Shown piece by piece: positions 24,895-37,559 of a stretch of DNA of 64,000 nucleotides. This DNA comes from Octopus vulgaris (Eukaryota): positions 36,270,001-36,334,000 of the forward strand of contig OX597815.1 of the NCBI GenBank assembly GCA_951406725.2. Reading direction: 5' to 3'. Made by a program: the position numbers and the translations under genes. Every line of letters begins with the position of its first letter. The stretch's first letter is position 1. Under the pieces are notes generated by a model that saw only the letters and a program-made list of their open reading frames with translations, had not been told where the DNA came from and searched no databases.

Positions 24895-25196
24895 AACAAC
24901 ATCAAAATAAATATCAAATGGAAATTGTAGTTGTGATACCTGTGCCGGTGGCATGTAAAAAGCACCAACTGATCATAGCCAGTGCCAGCCCACCCTGGCA
25001 CCTGTGCCGGTGGCATGTAAAAAGCACCCACTACACTCACGGAGTGGTTGACATTAGGAAGGGCATCCAGCTGTAGAAACACTGCCAGATCAGACTGGAG
25101 CCTGGTGCAGCCTCCTGGATTCCCAGACCCTGGTCAAACCGTCCAACCCGTGCTCGCACAGAAAACAGACGTTAAACGATGATGATGATCATGATG
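24895..25196 (+). mobile_element. RTE 3'-tail module copy (2 units)
   Basis: gtgccggtggcatgtaaaaagcacc twice, ggttgacattaggaagggcatcc, (GAT)n tail. Confidence 0.85.
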
Positions 25197-26719
25197 AAAC
25201 TTTTACGGAGAAATTAGTCAAAAGTGAAACTTGAAAATTGAAATGCATAATCTATGTCAGATCCATTGAAGTAACAATAATTTCATCAATGATTGGTGAA
25301 CGTGCTTCAAGGTAAAATTCCATCACTATGCAAACTGGATCAATACAATGAGAAGACAATTATCACCCCTACCCTCCAGCAATATAGATTGTTCACAGTT
25401 TAATCCATACTTTTCAGAGATTATTGTTCATATGATAATGAAGTCAACAGAAATTTTGGTGGTGACTGGTAAGGTGACTATTGTTGTTGACATAATTGTT
25501 GTTGTAGTCACACATAAGATCAGCATAATACAAATACATGGCAATTCAGAGAAACAAGTGGACATGGAAATGTGAACATGACATAGACATGTGCACATGT
25601 TATGAAAAGAAGGATGGGGAGGAGAAGTAAGAGAAGGCCATATATTTTTTATAATAAATATCAAACAACAATGTACATGGGAATGAATGTGTATGTATGC
25701 ATGTATGTACGCACACACTCACATAAATGTGCTTCATACATTATATACACACACACACATTTATACACATATCCATGTATATATGCATAAAAACACATCT
25801 AAGGGCTTCAAGGGTGGAGACCATAATAAAGACTAAGACTCAATGATCCAGCAAACGAACAAAATTTAAGAGCCAGATCTTTTACCAATATGAAGCCAAC
25901 TATTCATGCATTTTTTGAAAATACACTAAAAATCAGAAAGGACTTCAGTCTTCACCTGCTTCAAAGAGAGGCTTCAAAGATCTGACTCAAGATTACAAAC
26001 TGATCAGTGTAATGATTTGAATGATATCCAAGATTTTCTACAGATGCTGCAGCCTCAATGCATGGATCAGAAACCAAGTCTTCCTGAGAAACCTGATGTG
26101 GAAACTGACAACAAATAGTCTTTTTGCTTAAAGGAATCCATCACTTGCACAAAATTCCAAAAATCAGGCATTCTCATTTGATTAGATGCTCCTTAGGATC
26201 AAGATAAGAAAATGAAAGAAAGTCTGCTAGCCTTGAACTGTTTGCTAATAACTTGTTTCTGGAACTATTAAAAATCTGATCACTGGTGGCATTAAGGACA
26301 ATAATAGTAACTACAAACATACTTTCACAGTATATTACAGAGGTAGTCTGCCATTGTCACCCTCTGTTTTATACCATTTCTGTCTTCTCCTGCACTTGTT
26401 GGTCAAGACTATAAAGTATAGTCTGCCCTTCTGGTTTGGCAGAGTAACATCACTGAGAGCCTATAAGATCTATACTGGTAACCTAAATTCCCAGAAGAGG
26501 AATTGAACTCAGCACCACTGCAAATTAACAGTATTGCAAATACTTAGATTAATGAGTTATTCCAATATTTGTGGCATCCACTTACAGCTAGGCGAACTGA
26601 GCTGTTAGAGATTTAAAAGTCCTGCTATGGACAACACAGTGCTGAGATTAGGACATGGAGATTGCCTTAGTGGATAGGGTAGTGGCAACAAGTGGAAAGA
26701 TTGCTGTCTATATGTATAT

Positions 26720-26935
26720 ATTTATATGTGCTTGTGGTCATGAGTTTGCCCACCACTACAACTTAATAACCAGTGTTGGCTTGTTCGTGTTTCTGTAACT
26801 TTGTGGTTCAGCAAAAGAGACCAACAGAATGAGTACCTGACTTAAAAAATATAAGTATTGGAGTTGGTTTGTTTGATGAAACCCTTCACTGTAATGCCCC
26901 AGCATGGTCACAGTCCAGTGACTAAAACAATAATA
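26720..26935 (+). mobile_element. 3' half of an old CORE-like SINE
   Basis: accagtgttgg..tgtt..cgt..ctgtaact..gtggttcagcaaaagagaccaacagaatgagtacc...cagcatggtcacagtc. Confidence 0.65.
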
Positions 26936-27312
26936 AAAAATATATAAACGTCAAGTCTCTTCATTTCCACAGAAGTAAGCTGCACCCAAAATACTGTTTC
27001 TTAATTTACTTCCCAACAAGTCAAGATTTTCTGTGAAAGCATAAAAGCAAGTTAGCCACCGTAGCTGCAGCACAAAAGCTAACATAAGATTAGCAATTAA
27101 ATACATGTGAAGGTTTTATTTTGTTCACAGTCAAAGATCAAGTTCAAGCCTCCTTCATTGCAATGTCAAAATATTTCAACTTGAAAATTACAAAAAAAAA
27201 AAAAAAAAAAAATCAACTAAAATCTAAGGAATCTAGCAATGGTCTGCACTGGCAGAAAATAAAATTTCACTATGAAGGGAGGTGCATTCTGTTGTTTCTA
27301 GCAAGGCTCTTT

Positions 27313-27652
27313 GGATCTTTTCGGTTTGAATGGCAGTTTTTTTCTAGCGGTGTTTTTTCTTCAGAAATATAAATAAACCCAATCTGTTTCTTAAACGAGG
27401 GACACATTCATACGGCACAGAATGTTTTTTTTTTTTTTTTTTTTTTTACCTCAATAGACGCCATTGATTGGTTGAAATTGCAGAAATTGAAGAAAAAAAA
27501 ACCCAACAAATATCTTACAAACTATAGAATTTTCTCAATAAAGCCAAGAGAAAAAGATGTTTTATAAACACATTCTACCAGTATACAAAGTTTAAAATTT
27601 TTTAGTTACCTAGAAATTATGTTAAAAACTGCCGTTCAAACCGAAAAGATCC
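27313..27652. mobile_element. MITE with GGATC termini and 8-bp TSD (Merlin- or MULE-type)
   Basis: TIR ggatcttttcggtttgaatggcagttttt / aaaaactgccgttcaaaccgaaaagatcc; TSD ggctcttt (27305-27312) / ggctcttc (27653-27660). Confidence 0.9.
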
Positions 27653-27888
27653 GGCTCTTCTTCTAAGTTATTTCAGTACAAGTTAGAATATCTGCTGCTC
27701 AGAATATTCCTTCAAGAAACTTTCAAAGTTTTCTTTTGTACACATATGTATAGAAACACACACACACACACACACATGTATACTTTTAAAAAAAGGTAGG
27801 AAGAAAATAGGTAAACAGTAAATGTTAACAAAATATAAAATGCAACTAATCGGTGATGAGGAGATATGGAAACATTCTTTGGTTGTAA

Positions 27889-27893
<5 letters not shown>

Positions 27894-27937
<44 letters not shown>

Positions 27938-28003
27938 ATGTTCTAGCAACTACATAACTAGCTATATAATAATAGGTGTTGCACAAGAGGTGGAGGGGGG
28001 GAG

Positions 28004-28082
<79 letters not shown>
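27894..28082. repeat. (TA)n and (GA)n microsatellites
   Basis: (TA)n 27894-27933; (GA)n 28009-28082. Confidence 0.95.
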
Positions 28083-28084
<2 letters not shown>

Positions 28085-28649
28085 AACTGCAGACCTGCAG
28101 AATATCACTTGCTTTACTTGTGTGTTTCATGTGAAGAAACAAATAGAGTAGGTTAAGACAAACTGGGTCACACAGCTGAGAAGTATTCAGGAAAAACTAA
28201 CCAACAAATGAACAATAATGAGGCAGTGAAGGGCAGGGTGGTGGTGGTGTATAAAACATTATAAGAAGTTATTATGGGTTATAAATGGGTCACTCATTTG
28301 TTGGTGTGTTTCCCTGGGTTGTTTTTCTGTTGCTTTTGTCCACTTTTTGGGGGGAGTGGGGGTAGGGGGTTCAACAGTTACTGTTAATGAAGGAACAGAC
28401 CCGTTTATTTTAACTTGACCCATTTACAGCAGTAAAGGAACCAATGTATTTTGGTAATCAGTGATAAATCTGATTGTTTTGTCTTTTATGGGTTTTTGTT
28501 TACATATTTCTAAACATTAAAAATAAGATGATGGGAATGATTATTTGGGGCACTATTTAAAGGGAAGTGAATAAATCAACTGGACAACTTGACCCACCTA
28601 CGTAATACCCTAATACTTATGTAGCAAACTCAACCCAAACAGGATTTGA

Positions 28650-28945
28650 GGCAAGGGCAAGTGTCTTCTACCATAGCCTCGGGCCGACCAAAGCCTTGTG
28701 AGTGGATTTGGTAGACGGAAACTGAAAGAAGCCTGTCGTATATATGTATATATATCTATATATATATGTATGTGTGTGTATATGTTTGTCCCCCCAACAT
28801 CGCTTGATAACCGATGCTGGTGTGTTTACGTCCCCGTAACTTAGCGGTTCGGCAAAAGTCCTGGGGTCGATTTGCTCGACCAAAAGCAGGAGCTCCAGCA
28901 TGGCCACAGTCACATGACTGAAACAAGTAAAAGAGTAAAGAGATA
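28650..28945 (+). mobile_element. CORE-like SINE, head-truncated and internally deleted
   Basis: gggcaagtgtcttcta..atagcctcgggccgaccaaagccttgtgagtggatttggtagacgg...; tail gtaaaagagtaaag. Confidence 0.85.
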
Positions 28946-29479
28946 TTTGAAACCTGCACCTCCTTATTATAAACCTTGAAAATTCCTGTTTTGTTGTTTT
29001 TAACAGTAAAACAAATTGTTGTAGGTCCATGGAAAGAATTGAACTCATTACTGAAAGCTAAATAAATAATTTATCACTTGAACAGAGCTGCTATATGTAG
29101 TCAAGAACTGAAAATACAAATGGTATCTATTTGGAGCAAACAGAACTATCCAAAAATAAACTATGAATGACAATAAAATGTTAAGTTCACATTCTTTTAT
29201 TGGGACTACTCACTCACTGTTGTATGTGTGTGTGTAATCTCCCTGTTTGTAAATATTTCCACATAAGAAGGGTTACAAGTTACATATCCACAATCATATC
29301 ACAACAGTGGATTTGATATCGCATTCACACTACACCAGCAGCATAGTATTAACAGTAAATAGAAGAGAGTATCAGTAATAGAGATGAGTGATGCAGGTGA
29401 GACATCAGATGTTAATTGACAATGTGTATGTGTGTGTGTGAGTGTGTGCATGTGATTCCTTGCCTCGATCCTACCAACA

Positions 29480-29860
29480 TGTTTGACAATCATCTCACCA
29501 TGCTTGCACAAGTGGATGGGTTTTTTTCTTCCTAGCACTGAGTGTTGCCAGTCCATTGCCATCTCTTTTGTGAGGTGCAACATCCCGAGATCTATCTTCA
29601 CCACTTCATTACAAGTTTTCCTTGGTGTCTGACTTCCAAAGATTTCCTTCAATTTAAACACGGAGCACTTCTTTATGTCATTCTGATCCTTCATGCACAC
29701 TACATTTGATCCCCCTTGTATCTAGCTCATTTGTACTCCAATGTTGATGCAAACTAACATTACACATCCAATGGAACATCTTTGCATCATTTCTGTTTAG
29801 TCTTTGCAAATTCTCTGCATTGACAGCCCATGCTTTACCACCATACATCATTGCACTTTT
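29480..29860 (-). mobile_element. Old RTE 3' end with short UTR
   Basis: PRKTCNEVVKIDLGMLHLTKEMAMDW, followed directly by the decayed terminal hairpin gtgcaagcatgg. Confidence 0.7.
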
Positions 29861-29896
29861 TGAGTATCATAAATCTGCTGTGTGTGTGTGTATGTA

Positions 29897-29925
<29 letters not shown>

Positions 29926-29927
<2 letters not shown>

Positions 29928-30160
29928 CATCATCATCGTTTAACGTCCGTTTTCCGTGCTAGCACGGGTTGGACGGTTTCGACCGGGGTCTGGGGAGCTT
30001 GGGACTGCCCCAGGCTCCAGTCTAGTCTGGCAGTGTTTCTACAGCTGGATGCCCTTCCTAACGCCAACCACTCCGCGAGTGTAGTGGGTGTTTTTACGTG
30101 CCACCTGCACAGGTGCCAGAGGGGTCTGGCATCGGCCACGTTCGGATGGTGCTTTTTATG
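29926..30160 (-). mobile_element. Young RTE-tail module copy
   Basis: CpG-rich and nearly identical to 58491-58686; tail abuts (TA)n. Confidence 0.88.
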
Positions 30161-30521
30161 TGGGGGGGTGGTGCAGAAATATAGGGAAGCACCAGTGGGG
30201 AGGGGTGGTTCAGAGAAATGATGACAGGTTCTAGGCAAGTAGAACGTAGGATATCGAGAGAGGGGTAATGCATGGTGAAATAGCGTATTGAAGAGGGGGG
30301 TTCGAAGAGTAGACACCTATAATGGTGGTGGGAGAAGCGACATCCGGTATAGATGGAGCAAAAATATAGATATCCAGTATTGGTGGTGGGGGTGGGTAGG
30401 GCGGGTGCACCGCGAAGATACGAATGTTGATTAATACGAGGAGAAATGATATGAAATGAATAAGATTAGATAAGATAGACAGATAGAGAAATTTGATAAA
30501 ATTATGAATGGTCAAAGATAG

Positions 30522-30557
<36 letters not shown>

Positions 30558-30570
30558 GCACTATATATAT

Positions 30571-30835
30571 ACTGGCACCTGTGCTGGTGGCATGTGTAAA
30601 AGGATTCGAGCAAGGTCGTTGCCAGTACCGCCTGACTGGCCCCCGTGCCGGTGGCACATAAAAAGCACCCACTACACTCTCGGAGTGGTTGGTGTTAGGA
30701 AGAGCATCCAGCTGTAGAAACTGCCAGATCAAGATTGGAGCCTGGTGCAGCCATCCGGTTTGCCAGCCCTCAGTCAAAATCGTCCAACCCATGCTAGCAT
30801 GGAAAGCGGATGTTAAATGATGATGATGATGATGA
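30571..30835 (+). mobile_element. RTE-tail module copy (2 units)
   Basis: Module plus (TGA)n tail between (TA) tracts. Confidence 0.88.
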
Positions 30836-33652
30836 TATATATATTCATAAACAGTTGTCCACAAATTTGAAAGAAGCACATTAGAAAAGAGAATTTGAGT
30901 GGCTATATAATATACATAAACATATGTGTATGTGTGTGTGTGTGACTATATACCACTTTTGAACTTTGAGTAAAAGATTGTTTTTCTATAAACTCATTAG
31001 TTGTGTTTGGAAGAATATATCTTAACAAGATTATCAGCATTTCAACTCTTTTCCTACTATATCATTTGGATAAAATGATTTTAGTTACAGTTGTCTTTTC
31101 TATTCCACCACAGGCAAGAACCATGTGGATGATGTTTGTACTAATGTCACATTTGTTATCTTCAGACTTTAAATGTTTTGACCGCTGACATCAGGTTTAA
31201 TTTTTGGCAATAAGGAAATATTTTGATCATGGTGTCTACTGTTTGTCTGTTGCTAGGGAATATTATCTGCGAGTACTGTTTTGTCTTGTGTACTGCTTTT
31301 AAATAGGCCTTCCTCAACCTATCTTCAACTTATCTGGGTAATTTTATATGTGGTAGTTATGTTATCAAATAATGCTTCCCTTTTTTATTTTGTTATATGA
31401 TATTTATTAGGTGTCCAATGGCTCCTTATTTGTAGATGGAATGGTCAGCTTCAGAGAAGGCACATATATTTAATATGTTGCTTGATTTTATTTTCAAGTG
31501 TCTCTTCCTATTAGCTACACTTGCGGTATTGTATGAACACAAACATACACATGATTTACACAATAAATAGTGCCATTTTCATATACAATCTAAAAAGGCC
31601 AGCAGGGCAAATCACAAGAAACAGTCTACAAATTGGTAGTCTTTAGAGCACGGGATAGATTGCCTTGCAGTATTTGTTCTGATACTCAGTGTTCCAAGTT
31701 CAAATCCTGCCAAGAGTAACAGACTTCTGTTCTTTTGGGGATGATTTAAAAAGAAAAAATCCCTACTAATCCAGGGTAGAACTGTAAGACCATCAGATGA
31801 GAATTCTAGAGGTATTTGTTCTGGCTCTTTGCATTCCGTGTTCGAATCATAATTTAACTCTACCATCTGGCACTTTGGATAACTATAGGGGAGTCCACTC
31901 TTCTCCCTCCCACTCGTCCTGGAGGCCCTGTGAAATGCCTTGGGAACTGATTTTCACTTCCAAGTCAAACGATAAAAATGTCACTATTTATGATATAAAA
32001 AATATTTTTGGCTACATTTCATATTCAGTTCTATATCAGATGTTTTAATCTGTAACATACTTCCACTTTAATACACATGCACACACATTATACGTGTTTA
32101 TAGACAATTAATACCAAAATATAACATGAACACATGTGGCTATAATTTATTTACAACCTTCTTGCTTTTAGTTGAAAAATAGTTTCATCAAAAATTATTA
32201 ACAAAATACACATACCTCTGTCCTTTTAAAGAAAATATTTACTGACAAAATGTTTTCATGATTCAGTTTCAAATATAGCTTTAAACAGACTTAAGTCACT
32301 GACAGTGCATGCTACAATTGTGGCAACAAGGAAGCTTTATGGCTGCTGAACCTGCTAGAAATTGTGGTCAAATCTCTCTTCTTATCACACCTTATCTTAA
32401 AAATGGTAAGAATAGATTAGATTATATAGCTTTAGATAAACTATGCCTAAAAAATGGCTGGAATACCTTTGGTCACAGGTGTGCATGACCAGAGGTGAGC
32501 TAGACTTAGACAACAACATTATTCAACAATTCTTGTTATCTATTTTGTGATAGGTTATTTAGTGACTGGAACTTTATATTTTATTATTTCTTGCATCTTC
32601 AGGTCAGTGAACTCCTTGCTAAATTATATGTTTATCATGGAATTTTCATAAAAGAACACAAAAGTATTTTCCCATTGCTTTCCTCTGAATATTTTTTACA
32701 AAGTGCCATCTTCTCAGCTAGATGCAGACAAGTTCCCCTAGTTTGGGCCTTCAAAACATAAAGATCCAGACCAGAATCAATACTACAAAGCCTTTTGTCC
32801 AGTGCTTTGGCAATTCCCACCTGTCTACTAGCCTGGACTGGAACTTTATTTTATCGACCCAGGAAGGATAAATGGCAGAGACAGTATTGATGGGATTTGA
32901 ACTGAGAATATAAGAGCCAAAACAAAAACACCAGAAGGCATTTTGTTTGACACTGATGATTCTGCCAATTCACTCTGTTGTATATCTCATTAACTTGGCT
33001 ACACATGGTCACTCTATCTGCAAGAAATAACAGTCAAATTTGCCTCAAATCATATCCTTCATAAAGGAAAAACAAGAGAATTAAATGTAGTTCAGGATGT
33101 ATTATGTTTGAAAGAAGATGGGATGATTAGTGTTAGAATGCTGTTAATCATAGGTAAGCTCAGTTAGCTGACCTAGGGCCACACTTACATTCTTTCTTTT
33201 TACCTTTCCCTTCCTTTCCGTCTCATTTCAATATATGTTTACGATGTAAAGCTGTAAATATGGACTGGATAAGATATTGGACTCCAAACCAATGAATGGA
33301 AGGTTTAAATCCTCTGTAGGACATTTTATTGTGACAGAAGACAGGACACATCTGAGCCTCACTTTATCTAGTTGTCATGAACTTTTGCAAAAACCTACTT
33401 ATAATAAACTAACATTTAGACTACAGGGATATTTGTCTTTCATTCATATGACTCACCAGAAGGCACAATTATGTCATGAAGCAGTGACAACCAGAGCTTA
33501 GGGAAAGGAATTATTTCTATGTCAGTGTGTTTGTTAGAAACAGATGAATGTAAAAAAAAAATTTTTTTGAAGTCTAGCAGTTGTGGTGGTGATGTCAATA
33601 ACAACAATGATGATGATAAATGATAGTAAATATAATGGTACTGGTGAATGAA

Positions 33653-33850
33653 CCCTTTAGCAATCAGATTACTCTGTCAAATGTAATACTTATTTATTCA
33701 CATAATTTTGAATTAATCATGCAATTATCTTGCAGCATCAGGATTTCAATGATGTGATTGTTGAGTTTTAAAGTGACATTGTAGGGTAGGTGTTAGAGGC
33801 AGGATCTGGCCAGTTTGAGCATGGATTGAGCTAGTTTAAATGCTAGGGAG
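33653..33850. mobile_element. piggyBac-type MITE (decayed copy of 49938-50156)
   Basis: ccctttagc...tgctagggag|ttaa; internal sequence aligns with 49938-50156. Confidence 0.75.
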
Positions 33851-34614
33851 TTAAGATGCTGATTGCTACATTCTGTCAACTATGTTGAAACTTGCCTGTG
33901 TGTTGCCCAAGTAATTAAAATCATTACTGATGAAGTTCATAAGAAACCAAAATGCCTGGACTACAGATCAAGGAGTAAGCAGTTTGTATCCCATCACCTC
34001 TGTTGTGCTGACTTCATGATCAAGACACTGAATTACTGAACTCATAATAGCTATAAGTAGGCAGTGCTTAAGTATCACCCTCAACAATAAAGAGCATAAT
34101 AACTATGTGAATAACAAGCTTGCAGTACTTGGTTCAAGGCTTTATATGAATCTGATGGAAGTTATTTTTGCGCTTAGTCTTGTATTACAATATGTAATTG
34201 TCTTATTCAGCCTCCTATTAGTACTGGACCCTAGTTCTGGTTTAGGTAGCATGTTAGTACAGTTGTGCAAAAAATTTCATTTCAGTTTAGTTTTCATCTC
34301 TAGGTATCTGCTAACAAGGAGATATTGTATTAAACTATGAACAATGGGAACAGTTGACAAATAGAAATACTATGAGAGAGAGGAAAAATTAAAACTGAGT
34401 AAATAAAACTACAAAACATGAGGTTACTAATAGTCAGGCCACATATTAGTGTTGGCATGATAATTATGTACGTAATTAATTACGGTGTAGGTTTTGAAAG
34501 AGGTAAGCTTCTTAAATTTTAGATATAAGTGAGATTACATAAAATGTAAAAGTTGAATTTAAAAAAAAACTTCAGTAAAAACTCATATTTGCAATACAGC
34601 AATATCATTTTTGT

Positions 34615-34915
34615 GGAGGCACATGGCCTAGTGGTTAGAGCAGCAGACTCGCGGTCGAGGGATTGCAGGTTTGAATCTCAGACTGGGCGATATGTGTGTT
34701 TATGAGCGAAACACCTAAGTTCCACGCAGTTCTGGCAGAAGGTAATGGTGAACTTCTGCTGACTCTTTCGCCACAACTTTCTCTCACCCTTTCCTCCTGC
34801 ATCTTGCAACTCACCTGCGACGGACCGGCGTCCCGTCCAGGTGGAGAACCTATACACCAAGGAAGCCAGGAAACTGGCCCTATGAGCCAGGCATGGCTCG
34901 AGAAGGAACAAACAA
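34615..34915 (+). mobile_element. tRNA-derived SINE with V-domain-like segment
   Basis: TGGCCTAGTGG (A box), GGTTTGAATCTC (B box), cctgcgacggaccggcgtcccgtccagg (V-SINE-like), aacaaacaa tail. Confidence 0.75.
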
Positions 34916-35243
34916 TTTAATTTTTATAAAAGTATCTTGACAAATTGTTTTACATCATCATCACCATTGTTGTTTAATGTTTGTTTTTCATGCTATTAAT
35001 TATATTCATAAGAAAATTGCAATTCGTCTGAATCAGTTGAGCAGCAGACAATATGTTTTGTGACATCTAGTTATGCATTGAGTTCAATGACCTCAAATTT
35101 CTCTCTCATTATTCTAGTATTTCAATAAAGCAACAGTCAAGCACTGTATTCTTAAATATGTACACCTGTATGCCTATCTTAAAAAAACATCAAGTATCAC
35201 TGGGCTTGATAAATGTACCAGTAATATATCAGAATTAATTTAA

Positions 35244-35463
35244 CCCTTTCGTTACTGTATTTATTTTGAGATGCTCTGTGTTTCTTTCAATTATTTTAAA
35301 TATAACAAAGAATTTAGTAAAATAACTTAGTTATCATTAAGCTAATGTTAGGAATGTAAATTGTGACTAAGGCTTGGTGGAATATTCTAATTCAAAACTT
35401 ATGAAAACAAGACATTTTACCACAGAGCCAGAGCCGATTTTGGCCGGGTTAGTAACAAAAGGG
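35244..35463. mobile_element. piggyBac-type MITE, second family
   Basis: TTAA|ccctttcgttact...agtaacaaaaggg|TTAA. Confidence 0.88.
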
Positions 35464-37309
35464 TTAATCAGCTATGACCCTCTTCCATTTTCAAATTTAG
35501 ACTCTTGCTCTAATATAAGAAATCATTATTATTTAGTGTAAGGATAATAGTGTAGGGGGCTAAGACAACAGAGTGGCAAATTAAAATGTTCCTAGTCAAA
35601 ATCTTGCCACTGTTGGTCAAGCATATCTGAAGTTCATGAATACCAGTAACCAAGATCAATTTTCACCCCCTTCAATAATTGGCTGTAAACTGAAGGAGAG
35701 ACTATTAGTTTGATGAGAAGAGACAGTACCCTCTGTATTTCTAGGTCTTTCTGGAATGTAGTTTACAGATAACTGAATGAAAGTGTAATTTGAAGTTCAA
35801 TATGGGAATCTCCTCAGTCATTTGCTTTATTAGACTTCCCCAAATCACATTAAACCAACACAAAAAGGATAGATATACAAAACGATGGAATAGTCACAGC
35901 TGGAACAACTTTGATCATAGATCTGCTAAACTAGAGTTAATCTGGAGCTAAACAACAACTATCATCATGAATAGTTTATACAGGAGAATTAAGAGTCTTA
36001 CTCTGAATGTCAGAACAAATACTGCAAGGAGTTAAGTGCACACATGCAGTAGTTTATTTACTGAAGAGAGCCACAAATCCCTATTTTTGTACAATATAAT
36101 CAATTAAGCATTACTGTTTGTGAATTCTTGTGCAGCCTAGAATTATTATTAACAGAATCTTTCTAAAATTATATTGCTGTATAAGCCAAATCACACTCCT
36201 AGCACATATAACCTTATAAGCGAATAGATTCTGCCCAGTCAGCTATTTTACCTCTTTTATTACATATACACAATATTGTTATTTTTGAGTTTTAAAAGGA
36301 GTCATTTGACAAAATTAGATATTGGGCTTTGACATATACTGAATTTAGTTTCTTGTAATGTAAATTATACACTAAAACATCTCCTGTGGGACATTTACTC
36401 AAGAATCATTTTCCATTTGCTTTCGGTGAATGTTCCTGAAAAAGAATATCTACTTTATTTACCAATTCCATTCTTGATCCTTCATTTAAACCCATAAATA
36501 ACTAAATGGTTTCCATTTCACACATGGAGATAAATAGTACAAACTACTCTACTTGGTAGAATTTTGGTTAGATTTCCATTCAATGTTCATTTTTGCTGCT
36601 GCTATTCTCTATAATAATTTAAATAGTTCTTGTTCACACCTATTTTTATAATTTAGAGATTGTACACTAACATTATATCCTCTGTTATCTGTTACAATTG
36701 GATTTGTGTATATCACCCTTTCACTTCACCCACTGCTAAAATAACAAGAAGTCTACCATAGCAACATTAATGGCACTTTCAATTTTATACATATTTCCAA
36801 TTTTTCAAATGTCATGGTTTCTCCCACTGACCCATTCTAATCCCGGTGTGTGGACACAATGTGATTGATTTAGGCTCCAGAAAATATTCTGATGCCAATG
36901 CTGTATTTCTGGACAAAGCACTTAATTCCACCATGCCCAACACTGTTGATACAAGATCTGCTGTTGTGTTCTCCTAAGTGTAACATTTACAAAAGAAGGA
37001 ATGGGATTGTAACAATTAATCCAAGTTTCTTCAGTTGAGTTTTTTTTTTTTGGTGATAAACAAGCCACCCCCCCACAACTCATCTCTCCTTTGGTTCCAG
37101 AAATTCACCCAATCCATCTGCTGTCTGCCTAAATAATCCTGGTAGAGGCAACTTCAAGATAGTTAATTCATACTTGTAGGATATTTGTTGAATATGCCTC
37201 AGAATTATACACTTCACCTAATTTTTTGGTACCTTCCTTTGTAGTTTTCACTGATCTAATAATATTCCTAGCAACATTATACAGCCTTGGTTTAATACCA
37301 ACAATAACA

Positions 37310-37480
37310 CAACCACTCCAACAGTGTAATGAGTGCTTTTACATTCCACTGGCACAAGTACCAGTTGCATGACCCCAGTATCTGCCACGACTATGATTTC
37401 ACTTGGCTTGATGGGTCTTCTCAAGCATGGCATATTGCCAAAGGTCTTGGACATTTATCATTGCCTCTGTGAGGCCCAAC
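37310..37480 (-). mobile_element. RTE fragment: ORF end plus a single hairpin unit, tail missing
   Basis: LGLTEAMINVQDLWQYAMLEKTHQAK*, then gtgccagtggaatgtaaaagcac...ggagtggttg. Confidence 0.75.
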
Positions 37481-37559
37481 AATTATAACAAAATAATAAT
37501 AAAATAAAAGTGAATACATCAAAGTATCTTCCTTTAATATTTACAATGACACCTAAATG

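Noticed and set aside
25930-26580. Very old LINE RT remnant (PVFKKG..DYKLIS-like)
   Set aside because: Only one weak motif; boundaries and family cannot be supported
27683-28142. ORFs with YIYI, ERER, LSLS, CVCV or HTHT runs (also 5033, 15313, 39967, 40068 and others)
   Set aside because: Translations of microsatellites that lack stop codons
34615-34690. tRNA gene
   Set aside because: A and B boxes are present but continue into a SINE body and tail; the same applies to the other SINE heads
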